DNA of 64,000 nucleotides. Origin: Rhodospirillales bacterium (GTDB taxonomy: Bacteria; Pseudomonadota; Alphaproteobacteria; MPNO01; UBA2964). A model generated the notes under the pieces. That model was not told the origin of the DNA. It made no database searches and saw only the letters and a program-made list of their open reading frames with translations. Positions 28,567-38,183 of the stretch are shown one piece after another (position 1 is the stretch's first letter; the number at the start of each line of letters is the position of its first letter). The DNA is taken from NCBI GenBank assembly GCA_038116945.1, contig JAYOEY010000002.1, positions 276,958 to 340,957 on the forward strand. The letters run 5' to 3'. The position numbers and the translations under genes were made by a program.

Positions 28567-29811
28567 ATGATTTCTTCCACCCTTAAAGCGAATCCGCGCG
28601 GCTGGCTGATCGTCGGGGTCATTTTCGTCGCGCTGAGTTTTTCTTTCGCGGCGCGCATGTCCCTGCCGGTGCTGATTCCCGGCTGGGACGCGGAGTTCGG
28701 GTGGAGCCGCGAGTTCCTGTCCGGGGGCGCGTCGATCATCATGATTGTCATGGGCGGGACCGCGCCCATCATGGGGAATCTGCTGGACAAGTTCGGGCCC
28801 CGCTACCTGGTCGCGGGCGGTCTGGTGATCAGCGGCGCCTGTTATGCGCTTACCTCCATGATGGATTCCAAACTGTTCTTTATGGCTGTCTTCTGCGTCG
28901 GCGCGGCGGTCGGTTACGGGCTGATCAGCCTGCCCATCGCAACGGCGACGATTTCACGCCAGTTCACCGAAGGGCGCGGCTTTGCCGTTTCGGTCGGCAA
29001 TGCCGGGGTCGGCGGCGGCCAGATGATATTTCTGCCGATAATCGCGATGGCCATTTCGACCCTGGGCTGGCGCGAGACGATCCTGGCGTTCGGCCTCATC
29101 GTCATGGCGGCGGGGGTCCTTTCGCTGGCCTTTCTGGACAAGGAACGCCCGCCCCCGAGAGCCGATGGCGAAGGGATGTCGGCCTCCAGTTCGGTTGGCG
29201 CGAAACTCAGCTATCTGGCCCACAGGCCCGTATTCTGGCTGGTGGGCGGCGCCTATGTGATCTGCGGCTTCACGACGGCCGGCGTGGTCAAGGTACACCT
29301 GATCCCCTATGCGGCGGCCTGCGGTTTTACCCTGACGGAAGGGGCGACCTCGATCGGCGTGCTTGCGGCATTCGATATGGTCGGCGTGGTCCTGTCCGGC
29401 TGGCTGACGGACCGTATGCATCGCCCCGCCCTGCTCGGCAGCGTCTACTTCCTGCGCGCGCTGACCTTCATCATGCTGTTCTTTATCACCGACAACTATC
29501 TGTTGCTGCTGTTCTTCGCCCTGCTGTTCGGCACGCTCGATTTCGCCACCGTGCCGCCGACATCGGGTCTGGTGGCGAGCCATCTCGGGCTCAACACGAT
29601 GGGTTTCACGATGGGGCTGCTGTTTACCGGCCACTCCATCGGCGGCGCGCTTGGCGCATGGCTGGGCGGCTATTTTTTCGACCTCACGGCGCGCTATGAC
29701 TGGGTGTGGTTCATCGGGCTGGGGCTCGCGCTCGTCGCCGCCGTTCTGGCCTGGTCGGTGCCTGAGAAGCGCGATGTTGCGCCAGCCGGTGCGGAGCCCG
29801 CGGCGGCTTAA
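28567..29811 (+). CDS. MFS transporter (OFA/oxalate-formate antiporter-like, 12 TM)
   Basis: It has multiple TM helices and an MFS fold pattern. Confidence 0.75.
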   Translation: MISSTLKANPRGWLIVGVIFVALSFSFAARMSLPVLIPGWDAEFGWSREFLSGGASIIMIVMGGTAPIMGNLLDKFGPRYLVAGGLVISGACYALTSMMDSKLFFMAVFCVGAAVGYGLISLPIATATISRQFTEGRGFAVSVGNAGVGGGQMIFLPIIAMAISTLGWRETILAFGLIVMAAGVLSLAFLDKERPPPRADGEGMSASSSVGAKLSYLAHRPVFWLVGGAYVICGFTTAGVVKVHLIPYAAACGFTLTEGATSIGVLAAFDMVGVVLSGWLTDRMHRPALLGSVYFLRALTFIMLFFITDNYLLLLFFALLFGTLDFATVPPTSGLVASHLGLNTMGFTMGLLFTGHSIGGALGAWLGGYFFDLTARYDWVWFIGLGLALVAAVLAWSVPEKRDVAPAGAEPAAA

Positions 29812-30725
29812 TCCGGGGTCTTGTCTCCCGCCGGTGTTTCCGACGCATCGAGCGCGTCGGCAAGCCGCGTTTCCGCGCTACCGGGCCGCAGGGGTTGTTG
29901 TTGCGCCGCCGCCGGGGCCCAGCCGGTGAGGTAAAGAATCTGGAAAGTCGCCGGAATTCGTCCGTCGCTGTCGGAGAACAGTTCCGCATAACGTTCCGCT
30001 GCCGCAAGGAACAGGCCTCGCCGCGCCATGGACCGGGGTCTTTCCCGAACCGCGCCGTTTTCGCCCATGCGGCGCAGTTCGCGCATCAGGGCGAACGCGT
30101 CGGGATAGGTGACGGTGATCGTATCCGTATCCGCGACCGGCAGGGCGAAGCCCGCGCGCTGTAGCAGACCCGCCGCGTCCGCGAGCTCGGGGAAGGGCGA
30201 CACGCGCGGCGACACGCCGCCGCTTTCCTCGATTTCTGCCTCCATCAGCGCCTGCCGCAATTCGGCAAGCGTGTCGCCTCCCAGCATCGCCGCCAGAAAC
30301 AGCCCGTCCGGTTTCAGCGCGCTGCGGATCTGGATCAGCGCGCCGGGAAGATCGTTGACCCAGTGAAGCGACAAATTGCTGACGACCAGATCGAGCTTTG
30401 CCTTGCCGAAGGGCAGCGCCTCCTCGTCGGCGGCGAGCGACGGCCCTCCGCTTCTGACGGCGAATTCCGGAGACAGGTCGGTTTCGATCAGCGTGCCGAT
30501 GCGGCCGGCATGAACGGGGTCGTCGCCCAGCGTCCAGCGCAATATGCCGCCATGGCCACCGAGATCGACCGCCAGCGGAAAAACGCGGTTGATGTCGGCC
30601 AGCCGGTCGGCAAGCCGTGCGGCAACCTCGCGGAACAGAAAATCGTGACCGGAGATGGTGCCTGCCGCCCGGTTGCGGTGCTGGCGAACGGCCCTGCGGT
30701 CGAAGATTTCCGGCGCGTCGGTCAT
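29808..30725 (-). CDS. SAM-dependent methyltransferase, NDUFAF5 (complex I assembly factor 5)-like
   Basis: It is strongly collinear with NDUFAF5 (LVVSNLSLHWVNDLPGALIQIRSALKPDGLFLAAMLGGDTL…GGVSPRVSPF…PATFQILYLTGW). Confidence 0.75.
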   Translation of the reverse strand: MTDAPEIFDRRAVRQHRNRAAGTISGHDFLFREVAARLADRLADINRVFPLAVDLGGHGGILRWTLGDDPVHAGRIGTLIETDLSPEFAVRSGGPSLAADEEALPFGKAKLDLVVSNLSLHWVNDLPGALIQIRSALKPDGLFLAAMLGGDTLAELRQALMEAEIEESGGVSPRVSPFPELADAAGLLQRAGFALPVADTDTITVTYPDAFALMRELRRMGENGAVRERPRSMARRGLFLAAAERYAELFSDSDGRIPATFQILYLTGWAPAAAQQQPLRPGSAETRLADALDASETPAGDKTPD

Positions 30726-30822
30726 GCCCGACTATGGCATGCGGCGGAGACTGGCGGAAGCGGGCCCCGTTGAGCGCCCCGCCTGGCCCGCCTATGATGC
30801 CGCCCTTCGAAACCAGCGACGG

Positions 30823-32427
30823 ATGATCATCATGGCGGCGGCAATCGGCCCGGACGAACTATACGCTTGGCTCAAGGACGACGAGGAGCTTGCGCTGCTC
30901 GATGTGCGGGAGGAGGGCGATTTCGGGGCCGGCGGTCATCTGCTGTTTGCGGTGTGTCTGCCGCTCAGCCGTCTCGAGCTGGATGTTGTCCCTCTGGTGC
31001 CGCGCAAGACCGCACGCGTCGTGCTGTGCGACGGCGGCGAGGGATTGACCCTTCGGGCTGCGGAAAAGCTCGAACGCTGGGGTTACGGCAATGTTTCCGT
31101 CCTCGACGGCGGCGTGCCGGCCTGGGAAGCGGCGGGCTATGTCGTGTTCCGCGGCGTCAACGTGCCGTCAAAGGCGTTCGGCGAATTTGTCGAACATCAG
31201 AGCGACACGCCCAATGTCGGGCCGGAAGAGCTCAAGGAAATGATCGACCGCGGCGACAATCTGGTAGTGCTCGACAGCCGCCCGTGGGGCGAATACCGGC
31301 GCATGAACATCCCGACCGGCATCGACTGTCCCGGCGCGGAACTGGCCTACCGGGTGCATGATATGGTCGACGATCCGGACCGGACCATCGTGGTCAACTG
31401 TGCCGGGCGCACGCGTTCGATCATCGGCGCGCAATCGCTCATCAATGCCGGGGTCGGCAATAAAGTGTTTGCGCTGCGAAACGGCACGATGGGCTGGGCG
31501 CTTGCCGGGTTCGATCTCGAACACGGCAGCGACCGGAAATTCCCGGACATCACGGACAGGGGAACCGAGGCGGCCATGGAATGCGCCGCTCGGGTCGCCC
31601 GGCGGTTCGGTGTCAAGAAGATCGACCGGGCCACGCTGGAGCAATGGCAGGCAGAAACCGACAAACGGTCCCTGTTCGTGCTCGACGTGCGCAACCCGGA
31701 GGAATACGCCGCCGGCCACTTGCCGGGCTCGCTGCACGCGCCCGGCGGGCAGCTGGTCCAGGCAACCGATAAATGGTGCGGCACGCTTCGTTCGCGCATC
31801 GTGCTGGTCGACGATACGGGCGTGCGCGCCACCATGACGGCGAGCTGGCTGATCCAGATGGGCTGGCCCGAAGTCGTGGTGCTGGAGGGCGGGCTCGAAG
31901 GAGGGGCGCTGGAAACCGGCGTTCCCGAAGCGGTATCGGCGGCCGGAAAGGGCGCGGAGACGTCCTCCATAGCGGCGGCCGATCTGCGTGAAGCGGTTGA
32001 AGCGGGCAAGGCCGCGCTGATCGATCTGTCCACCAGTCTCGAATACCGCGCGGGCCATATTCCCGGTGCGTACTGGGGCGTCCGGGCCCGGCTCGACCAG
32101 GCGCTTGAAAAGATTCCCGGCGATGCGATGCTGGTGTTCACCGGCAGCGACATGGCGCTGGCGCGTCTTGCCGCGGCAGACGCCATGGCGGCGGGCCGCA
32201 ATGTCCGCCTGTTCGACGGTGGCAACGCGGCCTGGACGGAAGCGGGTTACCCGCTCGCGGAAGGGTTCGAACGTCTGACGACCAAAAACGACGACGTGAT
32301 GTACAAGGCGTACGACCACACCGAGAATATCGAATTTCACATGCAGGAATATCTCAGCTGGGAAATCGGCCTCGTCGATCTGGTCGAAAGGGATGCCACC
32401 GCCCGCTTCCGTCATTTTCCCGCCTGA
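30823..32427 (+). CDS. Multi-rhodanese-domain sulfurtransferase (4 tandem rhodanese modules)
   Basis: It has a rhodanese active-site loop, NCAGRTRS, plus additional apparently inactive rhodanese-like repeats. The ORF-track start at 30655 overlaps the divergent gene; the ATG at 30823 is preferred. Confidence 0.75.
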   Translation: MIIMAAAIGPDELYAWLKDDEELALLDVREEGDFGAGGHLLFAVCLPLSRLELDVVPLVPRKTARVVLCDGGEGLTLRAAEKLERWGYGNVSVLDGGVPAWEAAGYVVFRGVNVPSKAFGEFVEHQSDTPNVGPEELKEMIDRGDNLVVLDSRPWGEYRRMNIPTGIDCPGAELAYRVHDMVDDPDRTIVVNCAGRTRSIIGAQSLINAGVGNKVFALRNGTMGWALAGFDLEHGSDRKFPDITDRGTEAAMECAARVARRFGVKKIDRATLEQWQAETDKRSLFVLDVRNPEEYAAGHLPGSLHAPGGQLVQATDKWCGTLRSRIVLVDDTGVRATMTASWLIQMGWPEVVVLEGGLEGGALETGVPEAVSAAGKGAETSSIAAADLREAVEAGKAALIDLSTSLEYRAGHIPGAYWGVRARLDQALEKIPGDAMLVFTGSDMALARLAAADAMAAGRNVRLFDGGNAAWTEAGYPLAEGFERLTTKNDDVMYKAYDHTENIEFHMQEYLSWEIGLVDLVERDATARFRHFPA

Positions 32428-32429
32428 CG

Positions 32430-33203
32430 ATGGCGGCCGGGCTTCAGCCGACCGCGGGCTGGCCGCGCTGGTTGAAGCGCGGCGCCGACGGGGTGCTGGG
32501 GCTGCTGTTGCCGCGTCGATGCCTTTCCTGTGGTGCGACGGTCGAAAGCGACGGCGCGCTGTGCGTCGAGTGCTGGTCGAACGTGCGGTTTCTGGCGCCG
32601 CCGGCCTGCGCCTGTTGCTTTTTTCCGTTCGAATACGACATGGGACCGGAAGCGCTCTGCGCTGCCTGCGCGGCGCGGCACCCGGCCTATGACCGGGCGC
32701 GCGCGGCGTTCGCCTATGACGAATCCAGCCGTGGCCCCGTGCTGGCGTTCAAGCATGGCGACCGGCTCGATGCCGCCCCCGCCTTTGCACGCCTGGTGAT
32801 TCAGGCCGCCGGGCCCCTGCTTGCCGGCAATCCGCTGATCGTTCCGGTGCCGCTGCACCGAAGCCGGCTTATGGCGCGGCGCTACAACCAGGCGGCGGAG
32901 CTGGCTCGGGCGATCGGCGCGCAGACCGATCTTCCTGTATCGACGGACCTGCTCGTTCGTCGCCGCCGGACTCCGTCGCAGGGAAGGTTCGGTCCGGTGC
33001 AGAGGCGGCGCAATGTCCGGGGGGCGTTCGGCGTGCGCGGCAGACGGGAAGGGGAGGTCAGGGGCAGGACCGTTCTTCTGATCGACGACGTGCTGACCAC
33101 CGGTGCGACGGTCGAGGCCTGCGCGCGGCCGCTGCTGCGCGCCGGTGCGAATGCGGTCGATGTGCTGACGCTGGCGCGTGTTGTACGGGCAGTTTCGCTC
33201 TGA
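32430..33203 (+). CDS. ComF-family protein (double zinc-ribbon + phosphoribosyltransferase domain)
   Basis: It has the zinc-ribbon motifs CLSCG…CVEC…CACC and a PRTase motif LLIDDVLTTGATV. It starts 3 nt after the rhodanese stop. Confidence 0.8.
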   Translation: MAAGLQPTAGWPRWLKRGADGVLGLLLPRRCLSCGATVESDGALCVECWSNVRFLAPPACACCFFPFEYDMGPEALCAACAARHPAYDRARAAFAYDESSRGPVLAFKHGDRLDAAPAFARLVIQAAGPLLAGNPLIVPVPLHRSRLMARRYNQAAELARAIGAQTDLPVSTDLLVRRRRTPSQGRFGPVQRRRNVRGAFGVRGRREGEVRGRTVLLIDDVLTTGATVEACARPLLRAGANAVDVLTLARVVRAVSL

Positions 33204-33270
33204 GGGCTCGCAAAATGGGCGGCGACGTACCATATTGGCCGCTGATGGAAATTCGAACGAGAGTTGTATC

Positions 33271-33531
33271 GTGGCGAAGGTAGAAATTTACACGACGATG
33301 TTCTGTCCGTTCTGCGTGCGGGCGAAATCGCTGTTGAAGAAAAAGGGCGTCGAGTTCGAGGAAATCGAGGTCGACGGCGATCCCGCGCTGCGCCGGCAGA
33401 TGACCGAAAGATCCGGCGGCGGATATACCGTGCCGCAGATTTTCATCGACGGAAAACCCGTCGGCGGGTCCGACGATCTTGCCGCGCTTGAGGCGTCCGG
33501 CGAACTCGACGGGCTGCTCAACGCTTCCTGA
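33271..33531 (+). CDS. grxC: Glutaredoxin 3
   Basis: It has the active site CPFC and TVPQIFIDGKPVGG. There is no in-frame ATG, so a GTG start at 33271 (MAKVEIYTT…) is inferred. Confidence 0.8.
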   Translation: MAKVEIYTTMFCPFCVRAKSLLKKKGVEFEEIEVDGDPALRRQMTERSGGGYTVPQIFIDGKPVGGSDDLAALEASGELDGLLNAS

Positions 33532-33538
33532 TGAAATC

Positions 33539-34366
33539 GTGACGGCGCCGTTCCGGCTCGCCTGCGTTCAGGTCTGCGCGGGCAACGATATGGGCGCCAA
33601 TATTAAGGCGGCCGCAGATCTGGCGCGTCGGGCGCGCGCTGAAGGCGCCGACTTCGTCTCCTTTCCCGAATGCGTTTCGATGATGGAGATGGGGTTCGAA
33701 CGGACGCTGGCGGCGTCGTTTCCGGAAGACTCCCATCCCGCGCTGGCTGCTTTCCGGTCGCTCGCCGCGGATCAGGAGATCTGGCTGCTGGCCGGTTCGT
33801 TGACAGTGCGGCTCGATGGCGGCCGCGTGGCGAACCGGTCCTTTCTGATCGATGCGGACGGCAAGGTGGTCGCTTCCTACGACAAGATCCACATGTTCGA
33901 TGTGGATCTCGATGGCGGCGAATCCTACCGCGAGTCCGAGACCTACCGGGCCGGCGACCAGGCGGTGCTGGCGGAGACGCCTTGGGGACCGCTCGGCATG
34001 ACGGTCTGCTACGATCTGCGCTTTCCGCATCTCTATCGCGGCCTGGCGCAACGGGGCGCGGTCATGTTGTCGGTTCCGTCAGCCTTTACCCGGCCGACCG
34101 GAGAGGCGCACTGGGAGGTTCTTCTGCGTGCCCGTGCGATCGAGAACGCATCGTATGTTTTTGCGGCCGCGCAGTGCGGCGAGCATCCGCACGGGCGCAG
34201 GACCTGGGGGCATTCGCTGATCGTCGATCCGTGGGGCGAGGTGATTGCCGCAGCCGGCGAGGAGCCCTGTGTGATCTGGGCCGATATCGATCCGGGAAAG
34301 GTCATGGCGGCGCGGCGGTCGCTGCCGTCGCTGCAGCATGACCGGGACTATTCGTTCCCCGACTGA
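33539..34366 (+). CDS. Carbon-nitrogen hydrolase (nitrilase-superfamily amidase; deaminated-glutathione amidase-like)
   Basis: It has the nitrilase catalytic triad context (…FPE…, …K…, TVCYDLRFP). A GTG start at 33539 gives MTAPFRLACVQV…. The ORF-track TTG start at 33479 overlaps grxC. Confidence 0.75.
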   Translation: MTAPFRLACVQVCAGNDMGANIKAAADLARRARAEGADFVSFPECVSMMEMGFERTLAASFPEDSHPALAAFRSLAADQEIWLLAGSLTVRLDGGRVANRSFLIDADGKVVASYDKIHMFDVDLDGGESYRESETYRAGDQAVLAETPWGPLGMTVCYDLRFPHLYRGLAQRGAVMLSVPSAFTRPTGEAHWEVLLRARAIENASYVFAAAQCGEHPHGRRTWGHSLIVDPWGEVIAAAGEEPCVIWADIDPGKVMAARRSLPSLQHDRDYSFPD

Positions 34367-34920
34367 TTTCTTGTCAACGCGACCGGCGGATCGTCGGGAT
34401 AGCGCCACACCGCGGCAATTCGCTGTACGGCGCGCGGGCCTTCGATGATCCCGTCCTCGTATGCGACGATCCGCAGCTTGCCCCGCACGGCTTCGATCAG
34501 TTCCCCCGGTTCAAGCAGAAAATCCGGGTTGGACGGACGCCCAAACGCTTCATTGCCGCGCGCGAAGGTTTCGTAGAGCAGCGCGCCGCCCGGCGCGACG
34601 CTGTCGACGATGTGCGGCAGCAACGGACGATGCAGGTAGCTTGTTACGATCACGCCGCCGAACGAGCGCCGTTCCAGCGGCCAGCGCCCGCCGGTCTCAA
34701 GGTCGACCGGAACCGTTTCGACATTGCCGGTCCCCGCGATCCTCGACAACGCCTCCTCGTCCCGGTCCACGGCCGTCACGGCGTGGCCGCTTTCTGCGAA
34801 ATAACGCGCATGCCGTCCGCCGCCGCTGGCGAGGTCGAGGACAGCCGATTTATCCGGAATCAGGTGGGAAAACCGCAGTATCCATGCGCTTGGCGCCGCT
34901 CTCGGGTCATGTTCCGTCAT
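34348..34920 (-). CDS. Class I SAM-dependent methyltransferase (small, TehB-like fold)
   Basis: It has the SAM motif VLDLASGGGRHA. Its 3' end overlaps the convergent nitrilase gene by 19 nt. Confidence 0.65.
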   Translation of the reverse strand: MTEHDPRAAPSAWILRFSHLIPDKSAVLDLASGGGRHARYFAESGHAVTAVDRDEEALSRIAGTGNVETVPVDLETGGRWPLERRSFGGVIVTSYLHRPLLPHIVDSVAPGGALLYETFARGNEAFGRPSNPDFLLEPGELIEAVRGKLRIVAYEDGIIEGPRAVQRIAAVWRYPDDPPVALTRNQSGNE

Positions 34921-35016
34921 TTCGAAATCGAGTCGTTAACCCTTGATTTGCAGGGCAATTTTATCATTTAAATGCCGTGAGACATTTATGACGGACCTGA
35001 CGCCGGGCGCAAGATC

Positions 35017-35436
35017 ATGATCGTGTTCGATCTCAGATGCGGCAACGACCACGAGTTCGAGTCGTGGTTTGCCAACAGCGAGGCCTTCGAAAAGCTGAAG
35101 AAGGCCGGAGAGGTCGCCTGCCCGGTCTGCGGCGATGCCAAGGTCGAAAAGGCGCTGATGGCCCCCGCCGTGTCCGGCACCAAGAAGAAATCGAGCGAGA
35201 TGGCGGCGATGCACGCCGGCCAGTATATCTCGGCGATCCGCGAACTGCGCGAGAAGGTCGAGCAGAACTGCGACTATGTCGGCGACAAATTCCCCGAGGA
35301 AGCCCGCAGGATTCACTACGGCGAGACCGAGAAGCGAAACATCTACGGAGAAGCGTCGCCCGACGAGGCCAAAGCGCTGGTTGACGAAGGCGTTGAGGTG
35401 CAGGCGATTCCCTGGGCACCGAAAGCCGACGCGTAA
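35017..35436 (+). CDS. DUF1178-family protein (zinc-ribbon N-terminus)
   Basis: It has the N-terminal pattern MIVFDLRCGNDHEFESWF…CPVCGDAKVEKALMAP characteristic of DUF1178. Confidence 0.65.
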   Translation: MIVFDLRCGNDHEFESWFANSEAFEKLKKAGEVACPVCGDAKVEKALMAPAVSGTKKKSSEMAAMHAGQYISAIRELREKVEQNCDYVGDKFPEEARRIHYGETEKRNIYGEASPDEAKALVDEGVEVQAIPWAPKADA

Positions 35437-35453
35437 GTCCCGCCTGTACGGGC

Positions 35454-35933
35454 CTAAATCCCTGTTTCCCGCATAAAATACAGAAGGTCGAGTTCCGGCG
35501 GCTTGCGCCCCGTCTGGCTCACCATGTCATGCGCCTGTCCCCGGTGATGGGTCTGGTGATTGAAGAAATGCATCAGCACCGCCGACAACGGCTGCTCGAA
35601 GGCGGTCCCGGCCGTGTTGCTGTAGCGGAGGGTTCCTGCAAGCGCTGTCTCGTCATACCGGTCTATGGTGGCGACGATCCTGTCGTCCTCGGTTTCCCGC
35701 GCGGCCCTCAACTCGGGGAAAGTATCGTAGAGGATGGCATTGAGCGCTTCCGGCGCGTCGCCTTCGCCGGTAAATCGACGAAGCCAGATCCGGTCTCCTG
35801 CCAGCAGATGGTTGAGCGTGCCATGGAGCGAACCGAAGAAACCCTTGCGGTCCTCGAAATATTCCGCGTCCGACAATCCGGCTACGGCTGCGTAAAGGCG
35901 CGCGTTGGCCCAGCGGTTATAGGCCGCCATCAT
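35454..35933 (-). CDS. DinB-family (DinB_2) metal-dependent four-helix-bundle protein
   Basis: It has MMAAYNRWANARLY… and the HFFNHQTHHRGQ His-motif. The ORF-track extension to 36635 is an R/G-rich artefact. Confidence 0.7.
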   Translation of the reverse strand: MMAAYNRWANARLYAAVAGLSDAEYFEDRKGFFGSLHGTLNHLLAGDRIWLRRFTGEGDAPEALNAILYDTFPELRAARETEDDRIVATIDRYDETALAGTLRYSNTAGTAFEQPLSAVLMHFFNHQTHHRGQAHDMVSQTGRKPPELDLLYFMRETGI

Positions 35934-35950
35934 TGCGAACCCGGTTCCGT

Positions 35951-36718
35951 TCACGACGCCGCAGTCCTTGTCGCCGTCATCATGTAGTTGACCGACAGGT
36001 CGCGACCCAGCCGCCACTCGTCTTCCAGCGGGCGGTAGCTTACCCCGGTAATATCGGTCACGGTCGCACCCGCCTCGGCAAGCGCGCGCGCGAGTTCGGA
36101 CGGCCGGACGAATCTGTTCCACTGATGGGTGCCGCGCGGCAGCCAGCGCAGGATGTATTCCGCGCCGAAAATGCCGAACAGCCAGGACTTCGGTGTCCGG
36201 TTCAGGGTCGCCATGACGATCGCGCCGCCGGGGGCGGCCAGCTTCGCAACCGATTCCGTGAACAACGCCATGTCCGCGACGTGCTCGACGATTTCCAGCG
36301 CCACGACCGCATCGAAAGTTCGTCCCTCGGCGGCGATGTCTTCGGCGGCGGCCTCCAGATATTCGATGGAAAGCCCGGACTCCGCAGCATGCGCCGACGC
36401 CGTGCCGATGTTCTGTGCTGACGCGTCGATGCCGGTCACCGCCGCCCCCATCCTTGCCAGCGGTTCCGATATCAGTCCGCCGCCGCATCCCACATCGAGC
36501 ACCGACAGCCCCGAGAGCGGCCGGCGTTCTCTTTTGTCGCGCCCGAACCGGTCGCACAGCGCGTCGCGCAGATATTGCAGCCGGACGGGATTGAAGCGAT
36601 GCAGCGGACGAAACTTTCCGTCCGGGTCCCACCACTCCGCCGCCATCGCCGAAAAACGCGCGATTTCGGCGGGGTCGACCGTGCCCGTGCCGCCGGATTC
36701 CGGAATTCTTTCAATCAT
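35951..36718 (-). CDS. ubiG: Bifunctional 3-demethylubiquinol 3-O-methyltransferase / 2-polyprenyl-6-hydroxyphenol methylase
   Basis: It has the SAM motif VLDVGCGGGLISEPLA and UbiG-wide conservation. The start is at MIERIPESGG. Confidence 0.85.
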   Translation of the reverse strand: MIERIPESGGTGTVDPAEIARFSAMAAEWWDPDGKFRPLHRFNPVRLQYLRDALCDRFGRDKRERRPLSGLSVLDVGCGGGLISEPLARMGAAVTGIDASAQNIGTASAHAAESGLSIEYLEAAAEDIAAEGRTFDAVVALEIVEHVADMALFTESVAKLAAPGGAIVMATLNRTPKSWLFGIFGAEYILRWLPRGTHQWNRFVRPSELARALAEAGATVTDITGVSYRPLEDEWRLGRDLSVNYMMTATRTAAS

Positions 36719-36908
36719 TGTCACTACCCGTCCGACGGTCTCGCCGCACCGCGCGACTTGCTTCACGCAGGCCATATAGAGTAGAAAGCGCCCGCCGCGG
36801 CGGGGATCAAGGAAAAATTTCGGATTCCGTCGATGACGGGGCGTTACCGGCCACGGAAATTGACAGGAAGCGCGGCGAAATCAGGCAGGTAGCGCCACAG
36901 GGGTTTCC

Positions 36909-38129
36909 ATGGGACGCGTCGTCCAGAAATTTGGCGGAACATCGGTTGCGAATCTGGACCGGATACGGGCCGCCGCCTTGCGGGTCAAAGCCGAAGTCGA
37001 CCTCGGCAATGAAGTCGCCGTCGTCGTTTCCGCCATGGCAGGAACGACCAACCAGCTTGTCGACTGGACGGTCGGAATCGCGCCGCTGCACGATGCGCGC
37101 GAATACGACACGGTGATTTCGTCGGGCGAGCAGGTCACCTGCGGGCTGATGGCGCTGGCGCTTCAGAATATCGGTGTCGATGCCCGCTCCTGGCTCGGCT
37201 GGCAGTTGCCTTTCCGCACCGACAATGCGCATGGCAAGGCGCGCATCCTCGAGATAGAGACCGCCGAGATCGAAAAGCGCATGGCGACCGGGCAGGTTGC
37301 GGTTCTGGCCGGCTTCCAGGGGATCGGCGAAGACGGCAGGATCACCACGCTGGGGCGCGGCGGATCGGATACATCGGCGGTGGCGCTGGCGGCGGCGCTG
37401 CGGGCCGACCGGTGCGATATTTTTACCGACGTTGACGGCGTTTACACGACCGATCCGCGCATCGTCGCGAAGGCGCGCAAGCTGGACAAGATTTCCTTCG
37501 AGGAAATGCTCGAAATGGCGTCGCTCGGCGCCAAGGTGCTGCAGACCCGTTCGGTAGAACTGGCGATGAACCACAATGTCCGGCTGCATGTCCGGTCGTC
37601 TTTCGAGGACGTTCCGGGGACGCTGGTGGTCGAGGAGAACGAGATCGTGGAAAAAGAAGTCGTAAGCGGTATTGCCTACAGCAAGGACGAAGCCAAGATT
37701 ACCCTCATCCGCGTGGCCGACAGGCCCGGCGCGGCCGCGGCCATTTTCGGGCCGCTGACGGACGCCAATATCAACGTCGATATGATCGTCCAGAACGTAT
37801 CGGAGGACGGCAAGGCCACCGACATGACTTTTACCGTGGCCAAGGCCGATTTCGAGCGCGCCCGCAACGTCCTCCAGTCCAATCAGGACAGCCTCGGATT
37901 CGAGAGGCTGGTCGCAGATCCGAACGTAGCGAAAATCTCCGTTGTCGGTGTCGGCATGCGCAGTCACGCCGGCGTCGCCCAGCGCATGTTCACCGCTCTT
38001 GGCGAGCGGGGGATCAACATTCAGGTGATATCGACTTCCGAGATCAAGGTCAGCGTCCTCGTCGCAGAGGAATACACCGAGCTGGCACTCAGGGCCCTGC
38101 ATACCGCTTACGGGCTCGACGCCGGCTGA
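36909..38129 (+). CDS. lysC: Aspartate kinase
   Basis: It has the N-terminus VQKFGGTSVAN, a kinase domain and two C-terminal ACT domains. Confidence 0.9.
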   Translation: MGRVVQKFGGTSVANLDRIRAAALRVKAEVDLGNEVAVVVSAMAGTTNQLVDWTVGIAPLHDAREYDTVISSGEQVTCGLMALALQNIGVDARSWLGWQLPFRTDNAHGKARILEIETAEIEKRMATGQVAVLAGFQGIGEDGRITTLGRGGSDTSAVALAAALRADRCDIFTDVDGVYTTDPRIVAKARKLDKISFEEMLEMASLGAKVLQTRSVELAMNHNVRLHVRSSFEDVPGTLVVEENEIVEKEVVSGIAYSKDEAKITLIRVADRPGAAAAIFGPLTDANINVDMIVQNVSEDGKATDMTFTVAKADFERARNVLQSNQDSLGFERLVADPNVAKISVVGVGMRSHAGVAQRMFTALGERGINIQVISTSEIKVSVLVAEEYTELALRALHTAYGLDAG

Positions 38130-38183
38130 TTTACGGGCATATCCGCGTCTCCGGAAAGGAGTCGGCCGCCCGGAGAGAAGAGA

